Assembly (NCBI RefSeq): GCF_023055435.1
Contig: NW_025964361.1
Location: 38,130,001-38,194,000 of the forward strand
DNA: 64,000 bases
Source of the DNA: Haliotis rufescens
Taxonomy: Eukaryota
Direction: 5' to 3'
A model generated the notes under the pieces. It was not told the origin of the DNA, searched no databases, and was given only the letters and a program-made list of their open reading frames with translations. Below are positions 1 to 11,917 of the stretch, piece after piece. Within the stretch, counting starts at the first letter, position 1; each line of letters starts with the position of its first letter. The position numbers were made by a program, and so were the translations under genes.

Positions 1-151
1 GCGTATTTGTTTTTTATCATGTTTATAAGTGTATGTTGGTGTCTTCTGGCCGGGTTGTGAACGGAAACTTATTTTCACCGTGGTTTTAGATTTGATAGTA
101 CACGGTGTGACATAAAGTAACTCCCATCTTCATCTTCAAGTAACGTGACCT

Positions 152-326
152 TCACAGATTACATCCGCACCCTACTACCCTTGTAACCGGAGTATGCGGG
201 TGCGCTATACCATCACGTGATGAGAAGACAATCAGGACAGTGTGAATCAGCTGATCAACTCGACAACTCAAGTCAGCTGGTACAGTGTACAGAGATAAGT
301 CTGGTTGCGGAAGACAAACATAACAG
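152..326 (-). CDS. Candidate terminal coding exon of a divergent cystine-knot (TGF-beta-like) protein
   Basis: Pyrimidine-rich acceptor (ctgtccctgtttag|C), open to TGA at 152-154. Encodes CYVC...SCRVDQLIHTVLIVFSSRDGIAHPHTPVTRVVGCGCNL*. C-x31-CGC spacing and hydrophobic pattern match the BMP/TGF-beta C-terminal finger. Confidence 0.55.
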
Positions 327-642
327 CTAAACAGGGACAGATTCCGGAGTGGCATGTTTTAAACAAGTTTATTTCCGTGTTGTGCGCGAGTCATCTCCCC
401 TACTTATACCACTGACGTCATACAAGGAGGAAAATTAAGACTAACAAAAGGAAGTCCTTATTGAGGGAATACTGTAAATTGCATTGACGTATATGGCTGG
501 TTTTTTTTAAAAAGGGCAAAACATTTTTATTTCTTGCTTTTGAAAATAAAAATAAAAATGTAGCAAGTAATATTAGTTAGTTTGAATGATGTTAGTAAAA
601 AGTCAATTTTGAAATTTTAAAAACAAAATCTGTTGACGAAAA

Positions 643-856
643 GTTGTTGTTTTGCGCCGCAATATTCCAGCAATATGATGGTGGTTTGTAAATAATCGAT
701 TGTGGACCAGACAATCCAGTGATTGACATCATGAGTATCGATTGGGAGACGAAGACATACATCAACAAAGTCAGCGAGCCTGACCACCCGATCATGGTAG
801 TCGCCTCGTACGCCAAGCATGGGTTGCTGAAGATCTATTCTCTACCCGGATCTTCA
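643..856 (-). mobile_element. SINE family B copy, inside the predicted intron
   Basis: Matches the family-B consensus in this window (gaagatccggg...cagcaacccatgct...gctggaatattgc...aacaac). Confidence 0.85.
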
Positions 857-1070
857 AATAATCTTTATTGTTTGAAACATACGTTTTTTTATTCCGAAGG
901 AATAAGCCAAACACACTATTTTTTCAGAACTTCCAGTATGTCGAGTGAACGATATGTTGTTGTCGTCGTCGTCGTTGTCGTTGTTGCTGTTGTTGTTGTA
1001 AAACCCGAGGACAAAACATTTTTTCAAGCGTTTTTTGTTATCCCAGTCAAATGCAACATTTGAGACTTAC

Positions 1071-1200
1071 AATAAATATGTATTATTGAAGGTCACTTCT
1101 ACTCCAGAATCCCTCGGGCTGGCACAACATGATAACCAGTAGCACAGGGGCATGGGTGGTCTGTGTCTTTTAAGGGTGGTCATTTGGGGCATTTTCACAC
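1071..1200 (-). CDS. Candidate penultimate coding exon of the same gene
   Basis: Acceptor catttacag|GT and donor TT|gtaagt. Only one of three frames is open (VKMPQMTTLKRHRPPMPLCYWLSCCASPRDSGVEVTFNNTYL). It ends in phase 2, matching the acceptor at 326. Confidence 0.5.
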
Positions 1201-1384
1201 CTGTAAATGATACCTGTATCTGGCTACATACTTACATCAGCATAGCGTGACACTCATTTGATATCACATTTGTATGACAGGTTACGTGTTCATACCTAAA
1301 ATAGCAGTGACACTCGTTAAATTATATTTGTATGTCAAGTTATATATGCATATCTACATCAGCGGTGACTGACACACATTTGAT

Positions 1385-2581
1385 ACATTTGTATGTCAGG
1401 TTGTATATACACACCTACATCAGTATAAAGTGACAATTATTTCATTCCGCATTTGTATGTCAGGTTGTATATACACACCTACATCAGTATAAAGCGACAA
1501 TTATTTTATACCACATTTGTATGTCAGTTTGTATATACACACCTACATCAGTATTAAGTTACAATTATTTCATACCACATTTGTATGTCAGGTTGTATAT
1601 ACACACCTACATCAGTATAAAGCGACAATTATTTCATACCACATTTGTATGTCAGGTTGTATATACACACCTACATCAGTATAAAACGACAAGTATTTCA
1701 TGCCACATTTGTATGTCAGGTGTCATTAACTTGCTTGTATTAACATACTGGAATATGCATTTATCATCATATTTGAATGTCAGTTACATGTAGTTTTGAA
1801 CATGTATTAGCATAGGATACTCGCCACACTGTAAATAATCCACAATTATTTCATACCAAATTTGTATGTCAGGTTGTATATACACACCTACATCAGTATA
1901 AAGCGACAATTATTTCATTCCACATTTGTATGTCAGGTTGTATATACACACCTACATCAGTATAAAGCGACAATTATTTCATACCACATTTGTATGTCAG
2001 GTTGTATATACACACCTACATCAGTATAAAGCGACAATTATTTTATACCACATTTGTATGTCAGGTTGTATATACACACCTACATCAGTATAAAGTGACA
2101 ATTATTTCATACCACATTTGTATATCAGGTTGTATATACACACCTACATCAGTATAAAGCGACAATTATTTCATACCACATTTGTATGTCAGTTTGTATA
2201 TACATACCTACATCAGTATAAAGTGACAATTATTTCATACCACATTTGTATGTCAGGTTGTATATATACACACCTACATCAGTATAAAGTGACAATTATT
2301 TCATACCACATTTTTATATCAGGTTCGATATACACACCTACTTCAGTATAAAGTGACAATTATTTCATACCACATTTATATATCAGGCTGTATATACACA
2401 CCTACATCAGTATAAAGTGACAATTATTTCATACCACATTTGTATGTCAGGTTGTATATATACACACCCACTTCAGTATAAAGCAACAATTATTTCATAC
2501 CACATTTTTATATCAGGTTGTATATACACACCTACATCAGTATAAAGTGACAATTATTTCATTCCACATTTGTATGTCAGG
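1385..2581. repeat. 64-bp minisatellite in two arrays (1385-1720, 1843-2581)
   Basis: Unit atttgtatgtcaggttgtatatacacacctacatcagtataaagcgacaattatttcataccac, period 64 (1391, 1455, 1519). Degenerate units extend back to about 1215. Confidence 0.95.
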
Positions 2582-4087
2582 TGTCATTAACTTGCTTGTA
2601 TTAACATACTGGAATATGCATTTATCATCATATTTGAATGTCAGTTACATGTAGTTTAGAACATGTATTAGCATAGGATACTCGCCACACTGTAAATAAT
2701 CGTTTGATTGTGACAAGGCATAAACCAGCAAACAATTACATTTATAACATAACATATTGCAGGCTTGTATATTTTCTGAGTGCAAGAAATGCAAGAACAC
2801 ACAGGAAAAGGTGCTCTGTTGACAATAAACCATAAACTATTTAACGTTTAGTAGCATAATCAGTCTATAGTTATCACAGCACATATTAACATTGGTGAGG
2901 TGTGAGGGGAGGAGGGTGTTGGCAAGGAGGGTGGTATTGAAGTTACGGGGCCAAAGGGGGAGTGGTGTTGTAGGGATGGGGACAAACGGAGAAAGGCGAC
3001 TTGAAACAAATGAGATACCTTTATACCCCCCCCCCCCCCCCCCCCCCCCCCCCCATTCCGCAAGGGAGTTTAACAATGACAAATTTCTTCCTTATCGTCA
3101 GGTTATATACTATGAGGAAAAATATCACCTTAAGCAAACATCTGCAGATAGCGTTTTCCTCATAGCTGAAGGACGCTTGTTGTAAGGTTACTGGGGGAGG
3201 GGGGTGCTGTCGAGGGGGCTTACACTGTGAGCTTGTTTTGTTCATGCTGAATAATGTGAGCGGCAGTATCCGGTAACAATGAGATAGGAAGCGTGACCAA
3301 CATTTCTCATTTCCTTATGGCTATTCATAACAACAACGCAATAAGCGTATTCATTACTCAGAGCCTCAAGGCTATGTACTTTGTATTGTAGTCATTGCTG
3401 CTACACACTTGGGTTATCAGATTGTGAGTTCTCATGTACATTTAATACCTCTTTGTCATTTCATTTTATCAGGACGCAACAAGGGTCAAAATAGGCCAAC
3501 CTCTTAATTACACACAACATATACAAAATTACTTCCTACATGCAATCCAATATGGGCATTGATTGAACTTTAATCATCAATACTCTACTCCTAGATTCTG
3601 ATATTATCAGCTACGTTTCATGTACATACATGCTGAGACCTCTTTTATCGCTTCCTATCCTCGTGTCACACAGCGTCGTATCACTGCAACCCAAAAGTAA
3701 CGGTCTATCCTGACACCCGCTATCATGATTAACTATCCTATAATCTATGCACAATCTTACCCATTTATCTCCCATCATTGTCACCTTTGTTGCTTATGTG
3801 GTGACAGGACACTGTCCTGACATGAGTGCTCTGTACGTAATGCCATGTTTGATTATTTACAGGATATGTTACCCTCTGTATATGATAAGAATATAATTAT
3901 TAATCTACGTATCAAATACTGACAGAAGATACGGTCTCTGACTTATCTTAGATCAACTTTCGATATAAGGGAGTTCGATAACCAACCTTTTTGTTTATGT
4001 GATAATAAGCCTCGGATATAACATTAATGTGGGTCTCATACAGTTTGTTATATCCTGAACACCCGCTGTCATCACCATATGATAGAA

Positions 4088-4750
4088 ATTCAAGTTCAAG
4101 TTCAAGTTCATTTATTCTCAAAAAACACGTTTGGTGGTACAAGAGCATATACAGTATACAAAGACAAATGAAAAATTAATTAATACACAATGATGAAATG
4201 CAGAATTAATAAATACAAGACATTATACAAGATGGCTGGAGTTAAGATTCTACTGTTCTTGTAAGAGATAATACCTTCGAGAGGTTATTTTGATAGATTA
4301 ATAATTTCTTTGGCGCCTTTGGTTGTAAATAATTTAACAAAGTTTGGTATACTTGGATATTTTGTTATGAGAGATGGTAAGTACATTTTTCTTGCTCCAC
4401 AGAGAGTTTTACAGTAAAATATGTAATGAAATTCATCAGCAATAGAGAAAGATTTACAAAGATTGAAGTTCTCTCACATCGTGGTAGGTTCTCCCAGCGG
4501 CCAGTTTCTATCGGTAGATTATGATTAGATATAATAAATCTTAGTAAATGAATATAGAATCGCTTTGGAAAAGATAGATATGAGTCAAATAATGGATACG
4601 CCTTGAGATATTTATAATAAAGACCTTTGGAGCTCGAGGCAACATCATTTCTCCACTTTTGGATAAATTGATCTTTAAGTATTTGTTCCACCTGTGAAGC
4701 TAGCCACTGGGTAGTACATGAGCTCGGGCTATTGAATACACAAAACACAT
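4088..4750 (-). mobile_element. 5'-truncated LINE 3' end, RTEX-like
   Basis: ORF 4365-4748 carries the ORF2 C-terminal signature SSKGLYY...LLRFIISNHNLPIETGRW. It ends in aataaat plus a (gaactt)n tail. Confidence 0.8.
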
Positions 4751-4935
4751 GCTAATGATAGTCTCAATGGACTCTGCTTTTAGTAGAGATTTCATATGCT
4801 TACAGAAATGTTTGGGTGCTTCTATTGACACTTAAAGTGGGAGTTTGCTTCACTGCCTGTTGCCAGTTTCCAGTCTACGGCTAAAATTTACATCATTGCA
4901 ATGAGCACACCTGGGGCATTGCCTCTGCGTAAAGA

Positions 4936-5061
4936 GTGAGTGAGTGAGTGAGTGAGTTGGGTTTAACGCCGCTTTTAACAGTATTCCAGTTATATCGCGG
5001 CGTGGACGCAACTCTGCACAGGGAATCGCGGCGCCTTAGGCGACTGGGCCACCCGTGCCCC
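4936..5061 (-). mobile_element. SINE family C, internally deleted
   Basis: Head and (actc)n tail are retained, body missing. TSD cctctgcgtaaagag on both sides. Confidence 0.85.
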
Positions 5062-5219
5062 CTCTGCGTAAAGAGGGTAATCCTTGACTGTTAGTGGACA
5101 ATCCACGGATTAAGTCACTTGCAAACGTGCTGAGACTGCTAACTGGTCTGAGTCGAATCCCCCTTTAACTGAAGAACATATACACATATGCAGTAGAACA
5201 TGTATTAACTATGTGTGGT

Positions 5220-5477
5220 GGCCCGTGAAGATCCGGGGTAGAATAGGTCTTCAGCAACCCAAGGCGACTATGCTTGTCGTAAAAGGCGACTAACGGGATC
5301 GGGTGGTCAGGCTCCCTGACTTGGTTCATGCATGTCATCTTATCCCAATTTCATGGATCGATGCTCATGATGTCAATCACTGGTTTGTCTGGTCCAGACT
5401 CGATATTTACAGACAGCCGTCATATAGCTGGAATATTGCTGAGTGCGGCGTTAAACAACAAACAAACAAACAAAAAC
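5220..5477 (+). mobile_element. SINE family B, full length
   Basis: Complete consensus with (aaac)n tail. TSD ctatgtgtggt. Confidence 0.9.
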
Positions 5478-5957
5478 CTATGTGTGGTATTATTATAGAA
5501 GTAAGTTCATGTAAAAAAAGCAGATAATAGAATAACAGTATACAATTTTCTAAACATAATACGAAAGTAATTAAATGTAATTTCGATTTTGCCAAAAGAG
5601 TTTGAAATGTCGGATATGGTAGAAGTAAATGCACACGTGTTATTTGTACTCAATAACAGACATGGAAATACCACCAGCTGATAAGAGAACAAGGACAAAC
5701 CCTTGTGTCTTCCTCGTAGCTCACAAGTGCCCGTACATACAAGCAACACCTGTCCGAACACCATTGATAATGCACTGATTTTGTTTCCACTTTGTAGATT
5801 GTTAGAAAATCTATAAGCATGGTTATCCAAAAGTCTTGAACCCTGGTTGATAACTCAGCTGCACCTGGTGAAAAGATAAACAAAATGACAACTTTCATTT
5901 CCGCCGCCAGACGCCCTATAATCAGTTGCTGTTATATTCAATTGATTTTTTTCCACT

Positions 5958-6579
5958 GCACACTCACACTCATAAACACTCACACTCACACTCACAAACA
6001 CTCAAACTCACACACACACACGCTCCCGCTCACACTCACAAACACTCACACACACACACTCACACACACACTCACACACACGCACTCACTCACACACTCA
6101 CAAAATCTCTCTCACACACATACGCACACGCTCTATCTCTCTCTCTCTCTCTCTGACACCCACTCACACACACTATCTCTCTCTCTCACAAACACACTCA
6201 CACACATACACCCACTTACACACCCACACTCACTCACACACACCCACTCACTCACACACATACACACTCACTCACTCACACACAAACTATCACACACACT
6301 CTCTCTCTCACACACATACACACACACTCCTTCTCACACACACTCTCTCTCACACACTCACAATCATACACTCTCACACACACACACACTCATACTCATA
6401 CACACGCACTATCTCCCTCTCACACACATACTCACACACACATACACACACATTCACACTCACTCTATCAAACACACACATACCCACACTCTCTCTCACA
6501 CACACTCACACACTCTCTCTCAAACACAAACACTCCCACTTACACACACACTCTCTCTCTCTCACAAACACACTCACAC
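5958..6579. repeat. Degenerate (CA)n/(CT)n microsatellite running into the gap
   Basis: Direct reading. Confidence 0.95.
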
Positions 6580-7157
6580 NNNNNNNNNNNNNNNNNNNNN
6601 NNNNNNNNNNNNNNNNNNNNNNNNNNNNNNNNNNNNNNNNNNNNNNNNNNNNNNNNNNNNNNNNNNNNNNNNNNNNNNNNNNNNNNNNNNNNNNNNNNNN
6701 NNNNNNNNNNNNNNNNNNNNNNNNNNNNNNNNNNNNNNNNNNNNNNNNNNNNNNNNNNNNNNNNNNNNNNNNNNNNNNNNNNNNNNNNNNNNNNNNNNNN
6801 NNNNNNNNNNNNNNNNNNNNNNNNNNNNNNNNNNNNNNNNNNNNNNNNNNNNNNNNNNNNNNNNNNNNNNNNNNNNNNNNNNNNNNNNNNNNNNNNNNNN
6901 NNNNNNNNNNNNNNNNNNNNNNNNNNNNNNNNNNNNNNNNNNNNNNNNNNNNNNNNNNNNNNNNNNNNNNNNNNNNNNNNNNNNNNNNNNNNNNNNNNNN
7001 NNNNNNNNNNNNNNNNNNNNNNNNNNNNNNNNNNNNNNNNNNNNNNNNNNNNNNNNNNNNNNNNNNNNNNNNNNNNNNNNNNNNNNNNNNNNNNNNNNNN
7101 NNNNNNNNNNNNNNNNNNNNNNNNNNNNNNNNNNNNNNNNNNNNNNNNNNNNNNNNN
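6580..7157. other. Assembly gap (N run)
   Basis: Run of N. Confidence 1.
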
Positions 7158-7671
7158 CAATAATCTTGGACGCGACGTTAAACTCCATTTCACCTCACCA
7201 TAATGGACAAGATGATATTAAACAAACACACAATGATATTGTACATATAGAACGTCAAAGCCCGAGAATAACCTGTCTCGATCATCCGCGAAAACAAATT
7301 ACATTGGGTGCAAGGCAACTTATCAGTGAAAATGATATGAATGGATCACTGAAAGTCCGGCTGTTTCGGTATCCAACTCTTGTTTTTTGGCTTTATTAAA
7401 TAAATTAGTGACATTTATGACAACAGGTTTAGACGATGGTATACATTGCATGATGTTATATATTTATAAAAATCACAGGAAATTTCAACTTTACATAATA
7501 GCTTTGCTCTTTGAGGGTAATTTTGTAGTGGAAGCGGAAACAATGTTAAAATTAGAGTTGGTTTTGTTTATCATATACGTATTGAAAACGTGCACAAGAA
7601 TAGAAAAAAGTATCCTTGAAGTTATGCCACAATTCAAGTGACTGAATGAATGTTTCACTATTTTATGCAAA

Positions 7672-7760
7672 TTGTGTGAGTGGCGGATGCTACTGGTAGA
7701 GCAGGACATATTTACCCTTTCCGCGAACACCTGGTGTCATCACTGACTTTCAATGAACCA
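7672..7760 (+). mobile_element. Naiad-type Penelope-like element, 3' terminal motif only
   Basis: Homologous to the 3' ends at 14268, 21718, 40795 and 52995. Confidence 0.6.
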
Positions 7761-8017
7761 TTCATATAATTTTCACTGATATTTTGCCTTTCACCTCCAC
7801 TGGATAATCGAGACTGGTTGGTTGTTCCCTGGCGTTGACGTTTTATATTTTATGAGTGGACAGTCTCCCAGCTTGTATCACAGCTGTGCCAGACAAACCA
7901 GTGATCGAAAGCATGAGCAAAGATCCATGTCATAAAGGGACGACGACGTATAAACAGCCAGCCACAGAGCATGACCACCCAATCCCCATGTTATTCGACA
8001 TGAAGGACTCACATAAA

Positions 8018-8158
8018 GGTCGCCTCTGTGATCTAGAGGTAGAGCGTCCGCCAGTTACCCTGCCTGGCGTTCGGCGTTAAGAGGCTGAAACAAGGACTGG
8101 TCAGCTCGGAGACAATATACTGTGTCTGAGTGGGGTATTCTTGTCACACTGCGGCACA
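8018..8158 (+). mobile_element. SINE family D (MD-domain-like), internally deleted
   Basis: ttaccctgcctggcg...aaggactggtcagctcgga...gtgtctgagtggggtattc is shared with the other D copies. Confidence 0.75.
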
Positions 8159-9000
8159 CCTTAACCCATTTGGTCACCAATGCTCCCAAATAAGCTCTGA
8201 GCGATTCTCATATATCTGTGCCTCTCCTACCTCTACGTGTTGTTATATACGTTAAATCCACTTGCGTACTGTAAGTCAGAGGATCTGAATACACCAAAAA
8301 CCTTGTACCAAAAACCTCTTTCTGTAAAAGAGTTGCATCTACATGTACGTGTCATATAAGCGTTTTTTGTATAACTATCATTAACAATGGACTATTTTGT
8401 ATCTTTGATCAAATTATTACATAGACCAATGATTTGCAAGATCTATGTTCTGATTTTCAGGAAAACTGTATTTTCGTCATTGAGACATTAAAAATACCAA
8501 TTTTACCTTAATTATTCATGAAATACGAAATGTGCACATTTATTGACTGTACATTGTCGGTTCATCTTGCACTGTTTATATACATGTATACATACTTGTT
8601 TCCTTGTATCATGTAATTAACTCACATCGGGACAGGTGAGCGCGTATTTCAATGACAAACTGGTAAGTTGTCGGTCTATTGTCTTGTTTCAACATCCTAA
8701 AGAATATCCAGCAGATCTGTTGTTGACATACGTTGATATACCTTTCAGTATCAGCAAGAGTGGTCAAATTGACTGGGGCAGAGTTACGTCCAATGACCAT
8801 TGGTTCGAATCCTTGAATCGCCCTGATTATGACCCTCGGGTTGTCAGCACCATACCATGCTCGTGACACAGTGCTACTTTTTCAAATATGTTTTTTTGTA
8901 ATATAAATTTGAACATTATTTAGGGACTGAAAATGTTACATGTATTGGTGGAGGTCGCATGTAAACATGTTACACACCATATGTAAAATATGATACAGTC

Positions 9001-9106
9001 GAGTGAGTGAGTGATTATGGTTTCACGCCGCTTTTAGTGGAGATTCGAACCCGGGTATTCGGCGTGACGAGCGAACGCTTTAACCACTAGGCTACCCAAC
9101 CGCCCC
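9001..9106 (-). mobile_element. SINE family A, internally deleted
   Basis: tRNA-like head plus tail. TSD tgatacagt. Confidence 0.85.
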
Positions 9107-9124
9107 TGATACAGTTGAAATAGT

Positions 9125-9715
9125 TATATGTATATGAAATGATATGATGTGACAAGACATGATGTGATATGATATGAAGTGTTGTGGTGTGATATGATAC
9201 ATGAGGGGATATGATGCAATATGTTATGTGTATTATAGAAATTGTGTAAATACTGTTTTTTTAGTGTTTTTTTTAGTGTACATATTATATGGCTTGCGGT
9301 CTTACAGTGTTGAATAAATATTGATTGATTGATATGAAATAAATTGGCATAGAATGACATGGCATTATATGGTATGATATGATAAGATATGATGAGACAA
9401 GCTATGACATTGCTAATGTGTTGTGTGATATGACATGTTGAAATGTGATACAATATAGTTGTGATATATGGTACGATGGTATGTATAGTATGTTATAATA
9501 ATGTTATATGAAATAATACTATATAGTATGATCTTATAATAATGATACAATACGATATGATGTTATAGAATATGTTGTATGATATAACAAGTTGTGATAT
9601 GGTAATATAGAAATTATGAAATTACAGGGTATGGTATTGTACTGAATGTGTGAAATTATGTGACTGCGTTGAAATGCGAGGTGGAATGACGTGAGGTGAT
9701 CTGGTGAGATATGTA
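9125..9715. repeat. Degenerate (ATGAT/ATATG)n low-complexity tract
   Basis: Direct reading. Confidence 0.75.
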
Positions 9716-9859
9716 CATAAACTGTATAAAACTGTATATTCTTCAAATTGTACTATAGGCCTGTGGCCTCTTCAGTATGTGAAATAAAGAAAGATAGTAC
9801 AGTTGAAAGACTGAAATACTGTTCAAAGCAGCGTTATACCTCATAGTTATCTTTAGAAT

Positions 9860-10290
9860 CAGCAGAAACATCAATATACAGTGAAGTGTCATTATGAAGT
9901 ACTTTGTTTTTATTATCATTTCGTAAGCAGGATCCGCATATTTGCTGTTTTTCCTGAATCTTGTCAATCACATTAGCGTCAAAAGTGACAGAAAATTCAA
10001 TGACATAAATGCTTTCAGTGTAATTATCCAAAAAGGACAAGATAAGGTTTGTGGTCTGGCTAGGTTTGAGGCTGTATACGGGCCTATTCCAAAGAATTTT
10101 GTATTGATCCTTTTCCATGACGCCCTCAACATATTCTGTGTCGTACCATGGATGGACCTCCGTGTCAAAACCACAAGCATGGCAAATACGGTAATAAATT
10201 GATCGAGCCACTCATCATGTCGCTTATGATACTGTGTTTGTGTCAAAGCTGGGCATCCAGTCCAGACATGTAAATGCTGGTGTTTTAATT
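9860..10290 (-). mobile_element. Non-LTR retrotransposon C-terminal fragment with restriction-like endonuclease (R4/Dong-like), frameshifted
   Basis: Across three frames: H..TGC..L....Y.KRHD (CCHC knuckle end and RHD), KILWN, IYVIEFSVTFD, K..EK, KYAD.AYE. Confidence 0.8.
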
Positions 10291-10409
10291 CCAGCCTACT
10301 GAGATACCATGCCACAGTTTAACCAGGGACCTTAAAATAGCCGACCATCCTTGTTTGATTCTCTTACTGTTGAGCGCCAGGCAGGGTAACGACAAGTACC
10401 ATGGTGTAA

Positions 10410-10945
10410 CGTGTTTTATCGTTGAATAACCATGAAAAAGCCTATTCCCTGCCACTGATTTAACCCCCTGGGCCCCGTTCCACAAGCGATCGTAGCACTA
10501 AGAAGATCGTAACCCCCATACTTTAACATAGACTTACGACAGTCGTAGCGCTACGATCGCTTTGTGGAACGGTGCCCTGAACTGGAAAAAAGGAGACCAG
10601 TGAGACCGCCTCATCTGTTTCTTATTTGAATCTCTGCATACAGATTCAGATTGGCAAAACACTCCCCATAAAACTGTACGACAAGATGGATGAGCACCAA
10701 CTTTCCCTTCATGTCAAGCAATATTACTGCAGCTCCAACCTTTGGTGTTTACATTTCACAACTTTTGAGGTACAATCGAGCATGCTCTTTCTACCAAGAT
10801 TTCAAAGAGCTTCACACAACTCTAGCTGAAAATTAGTTGTTTGATCAAGATTACAACATTTAAGGCCTCAGTCAAACCTTTAAACAGTTTTATGGTATTT
10901 ATGATGGGCATTTCAAAATTTGACGCTTCGGTGACAAAAATGTTA
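10410..10945 (+). mobile_element. Naiad-type Penelope-like element, degenerate RT C-terminal fragment
   Basis: Translates to VLSLNN..EL..ETSETASSVSYL..KLYDK..NFPFMSSNI..FGVYISQLLRY.RACSFYQDF..FYG. Homologous to 40760-41335. Confidence 0.75.
10471..10576. mobile_element. MITE with about 30-bp TIRs and a CTG duplication (Harbinger-like)
   Basis: ggccccgttccacaagcgatcgtagc...gctacgatcgctttgtggaacggtgcc, flanked by ctg. It interrupts the Naiad at cctg|aact. Related relics lie near 11600-11760, 34825-34905 and 46745-46790. Confidence 0.7.
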
Positions 10946-11917
10946 TTTATTGGTATGACTCGACTGGGGATCGAACCAGCAATCTTAAGCCCTTCGGGCA
11001 GACGCTCGATCCACTAGGCCTTGGTTGCGGTTGTCTACAGTTGGAATCTTCTACAATTCTAAGGGCCATTACTCCGTACCACGATTCGTTAATCTGAAAA
11101 AAACCTGTTAATCCAAAAGATTTCAACACTGACTCACGCACTAACGAGATTCCGTTGATTATGAATCGCATTTTTTATCCTGCCTTCCGTTGCCAATTAA
11201 ATAAGTGTCTTATCTTTATCCGTATAGAGTTACATAAAAATACGTCTTTCACTTCGTTAATGGAGATGGTGTTCAAGGTTTAAGTGATGAAATAGAGTAA
11301 CGCGAGAAAGACCACCTTGTCTGACGTCAGCCTCGCCCTACATGCTGTCGCGAATATTATCACGATGAGGGTCGTGACATGATTGATCACGCGCTGCTCG
11401 AGATCGGCAGCGGAAATACTGACTTATGTAAACAGATATTGGAGATATTTGGGGACCATCAAAGAGGAAATGTGGCGCTTACACGACTCCCTGACAGCCT
11501 CAGTTTAGTTGATTGGTGTATGGAGCTTGGTAGTCGTCGTCGTCGTCGGACGTCATTTAACTTCTCAATAGCCGACATCCGCTTCACATCTACACAGCTG
11601 GACACCATCCACAAAGCGTTCGTAGCTCTATGTCGTAACTACGAGTTATGATGCTCGTAGCGTTACGGACGCTTTGTGTTACGGACCATGAGCTCTTTAC
11701 AACAAAGCTATCTTACAGGAGGCTGTCGAAGCACTAAGATCGTTTTGTGGAACAAGGCCAAGGTCACTTAAGATAGGCAAATACATAAAGGATACAATTT
11801 AAGCAATAATGGCGGCTCGTGCAACGTTTCCTTCTCTGGTGTGAGTGACCTCCCCTTGTGTACTAATAGGCTGCAAAATGCCGTCGTTGACACAAAAAAG
11901 AGTTTTGCTGTCGGTGG

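Larger units (their letters stand above)
10290..11022 (-). mobile_element. SINE family D split by a Naiad insertion (pieces about 10290-10415 and 10950-11022)
   Basis: The two pieces are consecutive in the family-D consensus. Confidence 0.7.

Noticed and set aside
3026-3054. Long poly-C/G runs (also about 13529 and 56991) giving poly-Pro/Gly ORFs
   Set aside because: Homopolymers of unreliable length; no coding context.
5220-5340. Canonical HDV or hammerhead ribozyme in SINE B
   Set aside because: No CUGANGA/GAAA core, and no L3/P1.1/J4-2 arrangement could be fitted.
5885-7399. 504-aa His/Thr-rich ORF and other X-containing ORFs
   Set aside because: CA/CT microsatellite plus N gap.
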